A stretch of DNA of 64,000 bases, taken from contig NC_086097.1 of assembly GCF_963921235.1 (NCBI RefSeq), forward strand, positions 129,768,001 to 129,832,000. Direction: 5' to 3'. The notes beneath the pieces are model-generated. The model saw only the letters and a list, made by a program, of their open reading frames with translations. It searched no databases and had not been told where the DNA came from. This document shows positions 36,677 through 50,451 of this stretch, piece after piece. Positions within the stretch are counted from its first letter, which is position 1; each line of letters begins with the position of its first letter. Both the position numbers and the translations under genes were made by a program. The DNA comes from Mobula hypostoma. Its lineage: Eukaryota.

Positions 36677-39000
36677 TGATTGAATTCACACTGCAATTTG
36701 AGAGAGAGAAGCACAAGTCAAGTGTCAGTATTGCAATGGTATAAAGGGAATTACAGAGGCACAAGAGAGGAGCTTATCCAGGTGGAAGAGGATACTGGTG
36801 AGGATGACAACAGAGCAGAGATGGCTGAAGTTTCACAAGGCGCAGGATAGATATGTCCCACTGAGGAAGTTCTCAAATGTCAGGGATAGGCAACCGTGGC
36901 TGACGAGGGAAGTTAAGAATTGCGTAAATGCCAAGGAAAGGGCATATAATGTAGAAAAAGTGAGTGGGAAGCTGGATGATTGGGAAGCTTTAAAAATCCA
37001 ACAAAATGCAACTAAAAAAGCTAAAGAAAGGGAAAATATAAAAATGAGGGCAAACTAGCCAATAATATAAAGCAGGATACTAAAAGTATTTTCAGTTATA
37101 TAAGGATTAGAAGGGAGGTGAGAGTTAATAATGGACCACTAGAAAATGATGCTGGTGAGGTAGTAATGGGGGACAAAGAAATGGCAGATGAACTTAATGG
37201 GTACTTTGCATTAGTCTTTACTGTGGAAGACACTAGCTGTGTGCCAGAGGTCTGTGAGTGTCAGGGAGCAGAAGTGAGTGCCATTGCTATTACAAACAAA
37301 GATGTGTTAGGCAAACTCAAAGGTCTTAAGGTGGATAAGTCACCTGGACCAGATGGACTACATCCCTGAGTCCTGAAATAGGTTGCTGAAGAGATAATGG
37401 ATGCATTGGTCATGATCTTTCAAGAATCACTTGATTCTAGCATGGACACAGAGGACTGGAAAATTACAAATGTCATTCCACTCTTTAAAAAGGGAGGAAG
37501 ACAAAAGAGAGGAAATTATAGGCCAGTTAGCCCAACCTCAGTGGTTGGGAAAGTGTTGGAGTCCATCATGAAGGACAAGGTTTCGGGGTACTTGGAAACT
37601 AATGATAAAATAAGTCACAGTCAACGCGGTTTTTGTAAACTGAAATCTTGCTTGACAAATCTGTTGGAGTTCTTCTCAGAATTAACAAGCAGGGTGGATA
37701 AAGGAGAGGCGGTAGATGTCATTTACTTAGATTTTTAGAAGGCATTTGATTAGGCGCCTCACAAGAGGCTGCTTAACAAGATAAAATCCTATGGTGTTAC
37801 AGGAAACATACTGGCATAGATACAGGAATTGGGAATGGCTGACAGGCAGAAGGCAGCAAGTGGGAATAAGGGGGGGGGTGATTTCTGGTCGGCTGCCAGT
37901 GACTAGTGGTGTTCCTCAGGGGTCAGCATTGGGACCGCTTCTTTTCACATTGTTTGTCAGTGATTTAGATAATGGAATTGATGACTTTGTGGTAAAGTTT
38001 GTGGATGATACAAAGCTAGCTGGAGGGGTAAATAGTGCTGAGGAAGCAATGCAATTGCAGCAGGGCTTAGATAAATTGGAAGAATAGGCAAAAATGTGGC
38101 AGATGAAAGAGAGTGTTGGGAAATGTATGAAAATGCATTTTGGTAAAAGGAAAATAGTGCAGACTATTATCTAAATGGGGGAGAAAATTCAGATATCAGA
38201 GGTGTAAAGGGATTTAGGAGTCCTTGTGCAAGACTCCCAAAAGGTTAATTCACAGATTGAGTCTGTGGTAAAGAAGGCAAATGCAATGTTGGAATTTATT
38301 TCAGGGGGAATAGAATATAATACTCGTTGGAATTTAGAAGATTGAGGGGGGATCTGATTGAAACGTATAAAATCCTAAAGGGATTGGACAGGCTAGATGC
38401 AGGAAGATTGTTCCCGATGTTGGGGAAGTCCAGAACGAGGGGTCACAGTTTGAGGATAGAGGGGAAGCCTTTTAGGACCGAGATTAGGAAAAACTTCTTC
38501 ACACAGAGAGTGGTGAATCTGTGGAATTCTCTGCCACAGGAAACAGTTGAGGCCAGTTCATTGGCTATGTTTAAGAGGGAGTTAGATATGGCCCTTGTGG
38601 CTACGGGGGTCAGGGGGTATGGAGGGAAGGCTGGGGCGGGGTTCTGAGTTGGATGATCAGCCATGATCATAATAAATGGCGGTGCAGGCTCGAAGGGCTG
38701 AATGGCCTACTCCTGCAACTATTTTCTATATTTCTATAAAAACAAAGAGATAATGCTGAAACTTTATAAGACACTAGTCAGGCTGCACTTGGAGTATTGT
38801 CAACTGTTTTGGGCCCCATATCTCAGAAAGAATGTGTTGCCATTGGAGAGAGTCCATGGAGGTCAAGAGGATTATTCCGAAAATGAAGGTGTTAACATTT
38901 GAGGAGCATTTGGCAGCTTTGGGCTTGTACTCATTGGAATTTGGAAGAATGTTGGGGATCTCATTGAAACCTAAAGAATGTTGAAAGGATTAGATAAGGA
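36677..39000 (+). mobile_element. CR1 LINE ORF2 remnant with a nested CR1 3' end (~38321-38735)
   Basis: KSPGPDGLHP, GNYRPVS, VDVIYLDF, SGVPQGSALGP, KFVDDTK. Confidence 0.9.
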
Positions 39001-39002
39001 GG

Positions 39003-40385
39003 ATAAGTTAGGCCATTTGGCCCATTGAGTCTGCTCCACCATTCCATCATGGCTGATCATTTTTTCCTCTCTGCAGCCTTTTCCCCGTAACCTTTGATGC
39101 CGTGTCCAATCAAGAACCTATCAAGCTCTGCCTTAAATACACCCAAAGACCTAGCCTCCACAGCTGCCTGTGGTAATAAATTCCACAAATTCACCATCCT
39201 TTGGCGAAAGAAATTTTCCCGCATCTCTGTTTTTAATGGATGCCACTCTATCCTGAGGCTGTGCCCTCTTGTCCTAGATTCTCCCACCATGTGAAAACAT
39301 CCTTTCCACATCTACTCTGTCTAGGCCTTTCATCATTCGAAAGGTTTTCAATGAGATTACCTCCCCCATCCTACTAAATTACAATGAGTACAAACCCAAA
39401 GCTATCAAATATTCCTTGTATGATAACCCTCTCATTCCCGGAATCATCCTTGTTAACCTCCTCTGGACCCACTGTAATATCAGCACATCTTTTCTTAGAC
39501 GAGGGGTTCAAAACTGTTCACAATACTCAAGGTGAGGCCTCACCAGTGCCTTATAAAGCCTTGGCATCACATCCCTGCTCTTGTATTCTAGACCTCTTGA
39601 AATGAATGCTAACATGGCATTTGCCTTCCTCACCACTGACTCTACCTGTAAGTTAACCTTTATGGTGTTCTGCACAAGAACTCCCAAGTCCCTTTACATC
39701 TCAGATTTTTTGATTTTCACCCCTTTTAAAAAAATGGTCTGCACATTTATTTCTACTACCAAAGTGCATGATCATGCATTTTCCAACATTGTATTTCATT
39801 TGATACTCTCTTGCCCGTTCTCCTAATTTGTCTTAAGTCCTTCTGCAGCCTACCTGCTACCTCAACACTACCTGCCCCTCCACCAGTCTTCGTATCATCT
39901 GAAAACTTGGCAATAAAGCCATCTTTTTCATCATCTAAATCACTTATATACAGCATAAAATGAAGCGCTCCCAACACTAACCCCTGTGGAACACCACTAG
40001 TTACTGGCAGCCAACCAGAAAGGGATCCTTTTATTCCCATTTGCTGTCTCCTGCTAATCAGCCAATGCTCTAACCATGCCAGTGACTTTCCTGTAATACC
40101 ATGGGCTCTTAACTTTGTAAGCAGCGTCATGCGTGGCACCTTGTCAACGGCCTTCTGAAAGTCCAAATATACAACATCCACTACATCCCCTTTAATCTCC
40201 TCAAAGAATTCCAACAGGTTCGTCAGGCAAGATTTTCCCCTAAGGAAAGTATGATGACTTTGTCCTGTCTTGTCCTGTGTCACCAAGTACTCCATAACCT
40301 CACCCTTAACAATTGACTCCAACATCTTCCTAACCACTGAGGTCAGGCTAACTGGTCTATAATTTCCTTTCTGCTACCTTCCCAC
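39003..40385 (-). mobile_element. CR1 LINE fragment
   Basis: VYLDFQKAVDKVP, SGVPQGLVLG, KFSDDTK. Confidence 0.9.
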
Positions 40386-40760
40386 TAATTTTTGCTTTAT
40401 TGTATGCCCTCCCTTTGGATGTAGAGAGGATGTTTCCTCTGGTGGGGGTATCCAGAACTAGTGAGCACAACCTCAAAATTGAGGGGCAACCTTTTAGAAC
40501 AGACGTAAAGAGGATTTTTTTTTTTAGCCAAAGAGAGGTGAATCTATGGAATGCTCTGCCACAACTGTGGCAAAGGCCAAGCCCATGGGTATATTCAAAG
40601 CAGAAGTTGATAGATTCCTGATTGGTTGTGGCTTCAAGTGATATGATGAGAGGACAGGTGTATGGTGTTGAATGGGATCTGGGATCAGCCATGATGAAAT
40701 GGTGGAGTGGAATGGATGGGCTGAATGGCCTAATTCTGCTCCCATGGTCTTATCAGCTAA

Positions 40761-40892
40761 TTCTGATGAAGCGTTTCAGCCTGAAACATCGACTGTTTAC
40801 TCCTTTCCATAGATGCTGCCTGTCCTGCTGACTTCCTCCAGCATTTTGTGTGTGTTGCATTGGATTTCCAGCACCTTCAGATTTTCTCATGT
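40761..40892 (+). mobile_element. Stand-alone Penelope pLTR/hammerhead unit with TSD
   Basis: CTGATGA..GAAAC-ATC-GACTG plus pLTR tail; TTATCAGCTAA duplicated at 40750-40760 and 40893-40903. Confidence 0.75.
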
Positions 40893-41654
40893 TTATCAGC
40901 TAAATCTGATTTTCAGTTCACACTCAGTGGCTCAAGCAGCATCTGTCGGTGGAAGAGCATAGTTGTTATTTTATGTTGAAATCCTTCATCCATCCTGCTG
41001 CATGATTTCAACACAAAACATTGACAATTACTTTCCTCTCACAGATGCTGCTCAACCTGCTGAGTTCCTCCAACAATTTGTTTGATGCTCCAAATTCCAG
41101 AATCTGCAGTCTTGTATTTCCATTGTTCTAAATTGTATAACATAGCACCAGATGCTTCTGAAATTTGCTTTTATTAATTGCAATATGGCCACTTTTCAGA
41201 AGCAGGCTACAGGCTGTCATATTGTACAAGCTCATCGTCACATCTATCTCAGCTACATCAGGATCATATCAGTAACTGCACTGCTGTTTATTGACGCTTG
41301 GTCTGCAGATGCATATTCTTTCATTTTCCATATTATTACAGTGGCAAGCTGTGTGGTACTTTGGACTGCGAAAGGCTTCTGAAAGTTATTGTCTTCTGCT
41401 GTTTACCGTACTAACTGATATCCGATATAAGCAAATAGAAACAGATCTCTGATCTACATTGGATGTCAGTCCTTCAGACTTTACAATCACTTAGCAACAG
41501 ATTAAACCTTCATGTCTCAAAAAAAGACTAACCTTGCACATAATAACCCGACAATCTTTTCAAAAATGGAAAGCTAATAACATGAAAAGCACACCACACA
41601 AAAATAGAAAAGTAAGAGATTAGTATTTCAGTAATGAATAAGCTTACGTAAAAC

Positions 41655-42258
41655 AGAGAGGGGAGAGAAAGCTAAGAAGCGGTGGAGAGAGTGAAAGTGA
41701 AGAAAGGGGAAGAGGTAATGGATGTAGAGAGAGAGAGAAAATAGAGAAGACAGGTGGTGAAGGAAATGGGGAGAGCAAGGTAGAGCGGTGGGGAGACGGA
41801 TAGACAAAGAAAATCAGAGAAATGAAAGAGAGGGAGAGTAGCAGGACAGAGAGAGGGAGGATGAAGGGAAGGAATAGGAAGGGGGAGGGTATGTGGGAGA
41901 GGGGCTGAGAGATGCAAGTTGGGGAGAAATAGATGAGAAAAAATGAGGGAATAAGGATGGACGACGGAAGGGGATGGGGAGTAGGGGAGGGAGAGACGAG
42001 GTGGAGAAGAGAAAGGGAGAAGGGGGAAGGTGGGTAGAAGGAGAGGGAGTGGGGAGAGGAGGGAGGGAGGCAAAGGAGAGAGGTGATGAAGGGGAAGATT
42101 GAAGGAGAGGAGAGAAGGGAAAGAGAAGAGGATGGCAAATAAGAGGAGGGAGGGGTAGGAATGGAAGAAATGGAAAAGGGGTGGGGACAGGGAGGAAAGA
42201 ATGGAAGGAACAGAAATGGGAGAGAGCGAGAAAGAGAAAGAAACTGAAAGAGAAGGAA
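41655..42258 (+). repeat. ~600-bp purine-rich (GA) low-complexity tract
   Basis: Almost only G/A on the plus strand, no fixed period. Confidence 0.9.
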
Positions 42259-42524
42259 CCCAGTGTCTATGGAAACTTATTTATTGTTCAATAATTCCTC
42301 CATAAGTACCTGAGGCAAATAATAACTTTGCCTGGATACCCTACTAACTAGTGTTGGGGTGGAGGAGGCAGATACAATAAACAATATTCTTGTAATGTTG
42401 CTCCAAGTAGGTTTCTGATTGCACCTGTGCCTCACTATACTTGTGCATACGACAATAAACTCGACTTTTCTTGAACTATCTGATAAGCTGTGTGGGCTCC
42501 AGTGGAAGTTGTAAGTGATCTTAC

Positions 42525-42614
42525 CTGGTGAAGGGAATCAGTTGGAAGAGAAAGAAAGGTTTTCCCTTGTTGTCAACATTCCTGGGAGGAGGGATGTCTA
42601 TTGCCAAAGGGGAT
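42525..42614 (-). other. Candidate 90-bp internal exon
   Basis: Acceptor GGGTTTTTTTCAG|, donor CAG|GTAAGA; one open frame SPLAIDIPPPRNVDNKGKPFFLFQLIPFT; unique sequence. Confidence 0.35.
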
Positions 42615-45600
42615 CTGAAAAAAACCCAAGGAAATTCAAGGTCAAAGAAATAAAATACGCTAAAGCAATCAATCACACATAGTGAATTACCTCTGAGGCA
42701 TAGCTGACGTTGTTGGTTAAGCAAACTTGTAGAATAATAAATTATAGCTCTAAGTGTTCCCATTGGTGTACCTTAATTATTTTCTCTCAAACATGAAGTT
42801 CAGATTCTCTGATTCATAACTCCAATATGATGAAGTTATTATTGCAAGTCATTAGAGAAAATACTTTCCTCTCCATGATAATTTTTTGTGAAAGTATAGA
42901 TAATTAAAATGGGTCAAAATTACTGGTTGAGAATAGTATTATATATTTCATTTGTTATTTGTGTAACTTTGGACCTTAAGTCATTCTTGAATGAATCGAA
43001 AGCAAATTGTGAAAAGGTTAAAGAAAATCCTTGTCAATTGATGACATTTTTGTAGAGATTATGTAAGAATCGCTCAGGAAAGATTGAAATGAATCCTGAT
43101 TTTAGAATAAAATTGTATATGCCACACTGTATCAGTGTCTGCTGTTCCTTTAGATTTATCAGCTGTGTGGAGAGAGGGAACGTGCTGCACAGGATCTCCA
43201 TATCATACTGCCCTAGCTTGCGTGCTGGATTACGTATTGCAGCTAGGATGCAACATTCACAGTTGACCCCAACCAACAAAGGGCCTTGGATATATAAAGA
43301 TATGGTAAATGGAGTATAACATGAGAACATATTACATTATGCATCTTGGCTAGAAGAATTTTTTTAAAAAATCATATTATTTAAATGATGGCAGATTGCA
43401 GAGCTCAGAAGTCTAGAGGGATTTGAATTTTCCAGAGAAGACTGAGAAAAGATTAGTATGCAGATACAAGCAGTAATTAGGAAAGTTAACTGAATGTTAT
43501 CATTCATTTGTAGTTGAATTGAACACAGATACACTGCATTAGTGAGAGCATACTTAGAATACTGTTTACAGTATTATGGTCTTCATTTGAGGGAGGATGT
43601 TATTGCATTGGAAGCAGTTCAGAGATGGTTTAATAGTTGCCTGGAAAATGAACAGATTGTCTTATAAGGGAACATCGACAAGCTTGCATTCACTGGAGTT
43701 CAGAAGAATAAGAGTTGATTTAATTGAAACATAAAAGATTTCATGGGCTCTTGACAGGGTAGGAGTGTAGCAATCCTGCATAATCTTGACAAGATTCTCC
43801 AATTATCAAACATTTCTTCTGAACATTTTGCTAATTTGCTTTCCATCCATTTAAGAATGGCTGTAAAATTCAAGGTAACACTCATCATGAATTAAATATT
43901 TTTTCCCTGTTTCAAACAATGTTAATTTTTTTTATTATTAAGTGCAATCATGAACAATAGCCAGATCAGAAATGCTGATCAAGTCAACTAGTTCCAAAAG
44001 AGAACTCTGATAGGCCAATGAGATGGTTTACTGCTGCTCAGCAATAGAACACAAAAAAAAATCATATGTACAATTAAGAAACATTAAAAAATAGTAGAAA
44101 TCCTGGAGTCATGATGATCATGAGGAAGTCTGCTAGAGAGAGACATTTATACATATGCTGTCCTCCATAATTGACATCACTTATCCTTATTTTCATGGAT
44201 TTCTAGAACTCAGATGAAAATATATTCTAGAACTAGGTAGGGTCAGTGTTTAAAAATAAGGGGAGGTTCACTTACAGCAGAGATGGGGCTGAATATTTCT
44301 TCTCAGTATCATGGAGGAATTCACAGACTCTTCAGCTCATTTTGTCATTTTTTGGAAACCTCTTTCTCAAGGGGCACTGGAAGCAGAGTCTTATGACTAC
44401 TTTTTACGCAGAGATGGAAATACTCCAGGTGCAAGGGGGCAAAAGGATTTCATAGGTTGGTGGGACTACCGAGCAGAGTTTGTAAATCTGCTGTGATCTT
44501 ACTTGTAGCTGGAGCTCATTCAAGGGTTGAGAGACCAACTCTGCTTGTAATTTGCATTTATGCTGGTAAAATATAGACACAAACACATAAAGTCTATATT
44601 GACTACATTAAAGTAATGAAGGGACCATAATTTATCCTGTCTGCTCTCAGCATAACTGACCACTTGTCCATAATAACACCCCAGTGAATATGCAAATCTC
44701 TTTATATTCATCTTTATCTCCTTCCTACAATGCAAATCCTCAACACACATGATACTCACAATGTGGTCTGGTGTAAAGCGCTGTTTGCTCACAAGATAAA
44801 ATCAAGGATTCTGTTTTGTTTTGCATATGAATGCATCTATTTATAGTATTATAACCAGTTATTCTCTGCAGCAGCTTTAGTTCCACCTCCTCTCAAATTA
44901 AAATATTCTCATTCTAAGGAGATGACCTTTCCCATTCTTAGAATCATAGAATTACGCTGCACAGAAGCAGACCCTTCAGCCCAATGCATCCATGCCAACC
45001 AAGATGCCCATCCAAGCTACTTCCTTTTGCCCATGTTTGGCTCATATGCCTCCAAACATTTACTATTTATATACCTGTCCATGTGTCTTTCAACTATCAT
45101 TATTGCCTTTACTAATTCCTTTGGCAGCTTGTCCATATGCATACCACTCTGTGTGGAAAAAGTTGCCCCTCGGGACCCTTTTAATTTATTCCCTCTTACC
45201 TTAAACCAATGCCCTCGGATTTTTGCGTCTCTTTCCTTTATCCTGAATGCATCAGTTCATATTTTTTTCCCATTGAAATGTATCTAACATGCACCGATCC
45301 ATTCTGTGATCGTAACCATCTGTTCTTGGAGCCAAGATGCTCAGCTTCATTTCCCACATACCCCATTCCATGTTTCATTTGCACACTTGGATGCTGTGTC
45401 TTCAACTTCAACGCCCAGATCTTCATGCCTGTAAAAAACATGACATGGCATTAGGGTGGTGATGTTACTGGATTCCCAGTTCAAAAGCCTGGAAAATGAC
45501 TGCTATATACTGGAAATCTTTTCTGTTCCTTCTTAGCCCTGAGGGTCTCAACGCAAAACATCCGCTTATACCTTATGCTCCATGACTTGCTGAATTCTTA

Positions 45601-47332
45601 GAACATTCTGCTTTTCTTGTTTAAGGTTCCTGTATCTATAGACCCCTTTGTCTTCTTGCCGTAGTTCCTGTCTCCTGTTTTGAAGCAGATCGTTTTCTGA
45701 GTACATAGACTCTAATATATCATTGACTGTTTGCTGTATTCTATGGCTGGTCCACTTTCAGCTTCAGCTCATTGCCTGATACAGTATTATCAATAAATAA
45801 TCTGTTGCATTAGTTAAATATCAGTTTTGAGAAAACTAGTAGGTAAAATGGGGATCATAAAGTTCTAAGTTCCTGTAAAAGCAATGCAGTTCACTCATTT
45901 TTACAAGGGAAGGAAATCTGTCACTGTTTATTGGGCTATATGTGACTCTAACTCTGACAAAGGCACCTAATTCAAGTACAGAATTGGACAATGAGCAATC
46001 TCCTTTGCCAGATATGCACTCACACCAACCAGTGAAGGAATTGAAAGAAGAAAATATGGCCTCACGATACTTCTGTGTGAAACAACGTACATTGCATTCA
46101 CGCAGTTCAAAATACTTTTATAGTGCCATAATTTGAGTTCCACTCCTTAGCCACCTCCTTTATGTATGCCCTTATTTCTTTAGAACGTAGAAGATATACC
46201 ACAGGAACGGGCTCTTTGGCCACAATGTCGATGCTGAACGTGATATCAAATTAAATTATATCTCCTCTGTCTGCATGTGTTCAAAATCTCTCCATTTCCT
46301 ACATATTTACATTTTTATCTAAAGGCCTCTTAAACAATACCACAGCTGCTTCCAATGTTAGGTTCTCTTTCCTGCCCCATGTGTACTTAATTACTGGCTT
46401 AAGTGCAAGGCATTGATTTTGGGATTTAATCAGATCTGTTTTTAGCAGATAAAGGGTTTTCGATACTTCTTGTACAGCCTACAACTCTTCAATAGGCACT
46501 TAGAGTTAATAGAGTTTTGAACTTGAGTAACCCCTGATAACTTGTTCTAATTTAGGGAGAAGATTGGTGTAACCAGAAGTGACTGTAATTAATGAAGTGG
46601 AATCACTAGGCTGCAATTTATGTTTAAAAACTTGGGATTTATTGTGGTTCTTCAGCACCTTATATAGATATGTTTTCCCCATCAGATTTTATGAAGAAGT
46701 GCCCTTCATATGTTGACATTTATTATCTGAGTAATGAAAAGCAGAGTGCACATAAATGACCATAATATGGTCAACTCAAACTATGCTGATTGGGTGGTGT
46801 TCCTTCGCAGAGAGTTGGGTTATCCATGTATGAGTGCAATATTTTTTTTGGAGATCTGCTATCAAATTATCTGCCTTTCTGTGGTGGTAGCGAAGCCAAG
46901 TATAATTCAGTGCCATTAATTGGGATTGATGATACTATGTAAGTAGTGGAAATTAATTTTATTGGTTAGGCAGAGGACACAAGTATAGATAATCATGCAA
47001 AAAAAAATTGAAGTGAGGATAGAGAAAGATACTTTACAAACAGTGCAAGGGTAATTGGCTTCAAAATACCTGTCAAGAGGGTGGTGAGGAAGTGAAATAT
47101 CTCTGCTATAAACTGGAAGTGAAGCAGCCCAGAGTTCTGAAAAGCAGAGAATTTAAAAAAGGTGTTAGTTACCCAGTGATTGAGGAAATAGGTGAGCAGA
47201 AGAATTGGGCTAATCTAGGCATTTCTGTGGGGAGAAATGGGTTTGCATGGCTAGCTAATTGTGGCAGAAAATCAGGTTAACTTTTCATAGATTCATGGGT
47301 GTTGGGGGGTGGAATAGTGACATAGAGACATA

Positions 47333-47871
47333 AAATCAGTGGCCACTTTATTAGACACCTCCAGTATCTAATAAACTGGCCACTGAGTGTATGTTTGTGG
47401 TCTTCTGTTGCTGTGGCCCATCCACTTCAAGGTTCAATGTGTTCAGCATTCAGAGGTGCTCTTCTGCACACCACTGTTATTTGAGTTACTGTCAGCTTGA
47501 ACCAGTCTGGCCATTCTCCTCTGACCCCTCTCATTAACAAGACATTTTCCCCACAGAACTGCCACTCACTGGATGTTTTTTTTTTTGTTTTTTATTCCCA
47601 CACCATTCTCCGCAAACTGTAGAGACTGTTGTGTGTGCAAATCCCAGAAGATCAGCAATTTCTGAGGTACTCAAACCACTCCATCTGTCAACAACAATCA
47701 TTCTGCAGTCAAAGTCACTTCTTTCCCATGCTGGTGTTTGGTCCGAACAACAATTGAACCTCTTGACCATGTATGCATGCATGCTTTTATGTATTTGGCT
47801 GCTGTCAGATGATAGCTGATTACATATTTGCATTAATGAGCGGATGTACCTAATGAAGTGCCCATTGAGTG
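47333..47871 (-). mobile_element. Tc1/mariner-derived non-autonomous element
   Basis: TIR-like TCAGTGGCCACTTTATTAG / CTAATGAAGTGCCCATTGAGTG; minus-strand SDFDCRMIV..GLSTSEIADLLGFAHTTVS (Tc1 HTH). Confidence 0.85.
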
Positions 47872-48305
47872 CAGACTTCCCTGCCGACTAAAAATCACAT
47901 TTCAAAAAAGATGAGGTTATAGTTCACACGTGTAAGACCATAAGACATACGAGCAGAATTAAGTCATTCAGCCCATCGAGTCTTCGCTGCCATTCCATCA
48001 TGGCTGATTTATTTTCCCTCTCAACCCCATAAACTGTGATTAATGATGAACCTATCAACCCCCACCTTAAATATACTCAAAGGCTTGGCCTGCACAGCTG
48101 TCTCTAACAATGATTTCCACAGATTCACCACCCTCTGGCTAAAGTAATTTTTCCTCTTCTCAGTTTCAAATGGATGTCCCTCTACTCTGAGGCTGTGCCC
48201 TCTGGTCCTAGACTCCCCAACAATAGGAAGCATCTTCTCAACATCTATTCTATCAAGTCCTTTCAGTATTTGATAGGTTTCAATGAGATCCCCCTTCATT
48301 CCTTT

Positions 48306-49177
48306 TGTTACATGCCTCAAGGAGATCTGTGATTTTTTTTTGTGAGAATGATGTAATAGTCTTTTGGAGGTCACCTGATGTAATTTTCCCGCCGGTGTGA
48401 GGTCACATGATGACATGTGCACCACGGGTATATAAGGGTAGACCCCAGATGACGCAGTTAGTTTTTAGTTTGTAGATATCCAGGTAGAACGTGCTGTGTC
48501 TCTGTTTGTGTTGCGTGTTTGTTTTTGTGATGCATTTCATTTTTAAAATGGAGTGTTGCGTTCTATTGCAAGATACAATATTATTGGACTGGAAATTTTT
48601 GGCTAGATGTGTTGATTTACCCTATTCCAGCAGTAGAAAGGAGAGTGAAGATTTTAACGAAGCACAGGACCCGAAGAATTGAGAGGAGTTGGCATTATTC
48701 GGCAGTTTAATAAAGGATCGACCTTATTGAGTCTTCATTGAAGGAGTAGCGACCTGCATTGAAGATAACTCTTGCCAAAAGAGCAAAGAGTTCATGCAAA
48801 GGTTTGCTCTCTCTAGAATTAAAGTCAGTCATTTTAAACTGTTTATTTACTGCATCATGAATCCTTTGGACAGAACCGGCAGGAAAGTCGCGTCTATGAA
48901 GAAATCCTTCTCCAGAGAAATATCTCCCAATTGAACGTATAAATCTGTCACACTTTTGAATTTACCATTTTAAGAACTACATCCGACTTTATCGCTTTAA
49001 GAACTGATTTGCATTTAACGCTTTAAGAACCAGTGCCGAGTGACGATTTGTTGAACGGCTGCTTAACGATTAACTTCCAGTTAAAGTTTTCGTTTGTTTT
49101 TTTTATCGTTTCTTCGTATTTGGTTGTTTTTATATAACCTGTCTCAATTGATATTCATTCTTGCCGGTTACGTAACA
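48306..49177 (+). repeat. 5' LTR, family B
   Basis: TGTTACA...CGTAACA; direct repeat of 54089-54970. Confidence 0.95.
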
Positions 49178-49185
49178 TAATCTGC

Positions 49186-49200
49186 GGGGGCTCGTCCGGG
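49186..49200 (+). promoter_or_regulatory. Primer-binding site, tRNA-Pro
   Basis: GGGGGCTCGTCCGGG, complementary to the tRNA-Pro 3' end. Confidence 0.88.
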
Positions 49201-49295
49201 CTGTGTTCCGATTTTGTAATTGCCATTTTGATTTGGAAAATGGAAATATCCAATTTTTTTTAGTTTGATTGGTGTGTGAGTGGTATTCGGCAACA

Positions 49296-50451
49296 ATGGA
49301 TATTGACGGGTTTATGGACATGCCTAACTCAGGGTCTTTAGTGAATGTGAGAAAACCTGAGGTATCGGAGATTGCTGGGAAGTTGGATATTAAAGGAATT
49401 ATGAGGAATTCCACCAAGGCATTCATACAAAGAAAAATCACTGAACATTATTTTACTTTGAAATTGTTTGATGAGGAGGTGTTGGATAAGTTTCCAATAA
49501 GTAATCTGGAAATGCAGTTACATCTTGAACAAATAAAGTTAAAGCAATTAGAAGCTGATTCGGAAAAGAGTTGCTTAGAAGCTGTAAATAAACAGAAGGA
49601 ATTCGAGGCTAGGGAGGCTATTAAAATAAGGGAATTTGAAGAAAGAGAGGCTAATAAAAAGGGGAATTTGAAGAAAGAGAAGCTGAAAACCAGAGGAAAT
49701 TTGAGCTAGAGATGCAGAAATTAAAGTCCAGGAATCAGTCTTCTGGTTCTACGAAGCAGTTTATTGCTAGTCGTGAGGATATTTTGGCTCCTCCATTTAA
49801 TGAAGCTGAGGTGGACAAATATTTCCAGCATTTTGAAATCGTTGCTCTGAGTTTAAAGTGGCCGAAAGACCAATGGCCAGTGATGTTACAAAGTGTAATT
49901 AAAGGCAAGACACACAAGTTTATACAGCTTTAAATGCTGATCAAGCACTGAATTATGATATTGTTAAGAAACATATATTAGAGGCATATGAGATGGTTCC
50001 GGAAGCGTATAGAGAAAGATTCAGAAGTTTGAAGAAATTGGCAGAAAAAACATGTGGAATTTGCCTATGAGAAATCTGTGTGTTTTGAGAGATGGGTTTC
50101 CTCTAAAAATGTGAATAGGGAGTATAATAAATTAAAAGAGTGATTTGGCAGGAGGAATTTAAAAGAAGCATTCCTGTTGAAGTGAGAACATACTTAAATG
50201 AACGGGACACTGCTACATTGCAGGAGATTGCTAAATTAGCTGATGAGTATGTTTTAATTCACAAAAATAAATTTTCTCCAGGTAAAATTTTTAAAAGGAA
50301 AAATAGCACAGAGAGTCAAGGTAAACCAGAAATTAAATCTGAAGTTAGTGAGAAAAGTAAGGATGAAGGGAGACTTGTGAAGGAAAGACATTTTGGTACT
50401 ATTTGTAATTGTTGTAAGAAACCTGGACATGTAGTAGCTAATTGCTTCTGA
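49296..50451 (+). pseudogene. gag: gag, frameshifted
   Basis: APPFNEAEVDKYFQHFE, MVPEAYRERFR, AKLADEY, CNCCKKPGHVVANC. Confidence 0.9.

Noticed and set aside
41644..42138. 164-aa and 133-aa S/P/L-rich ORFs
   Set aside because: Artefacts of the pyrimidine-rich strand of a low-complexity tract
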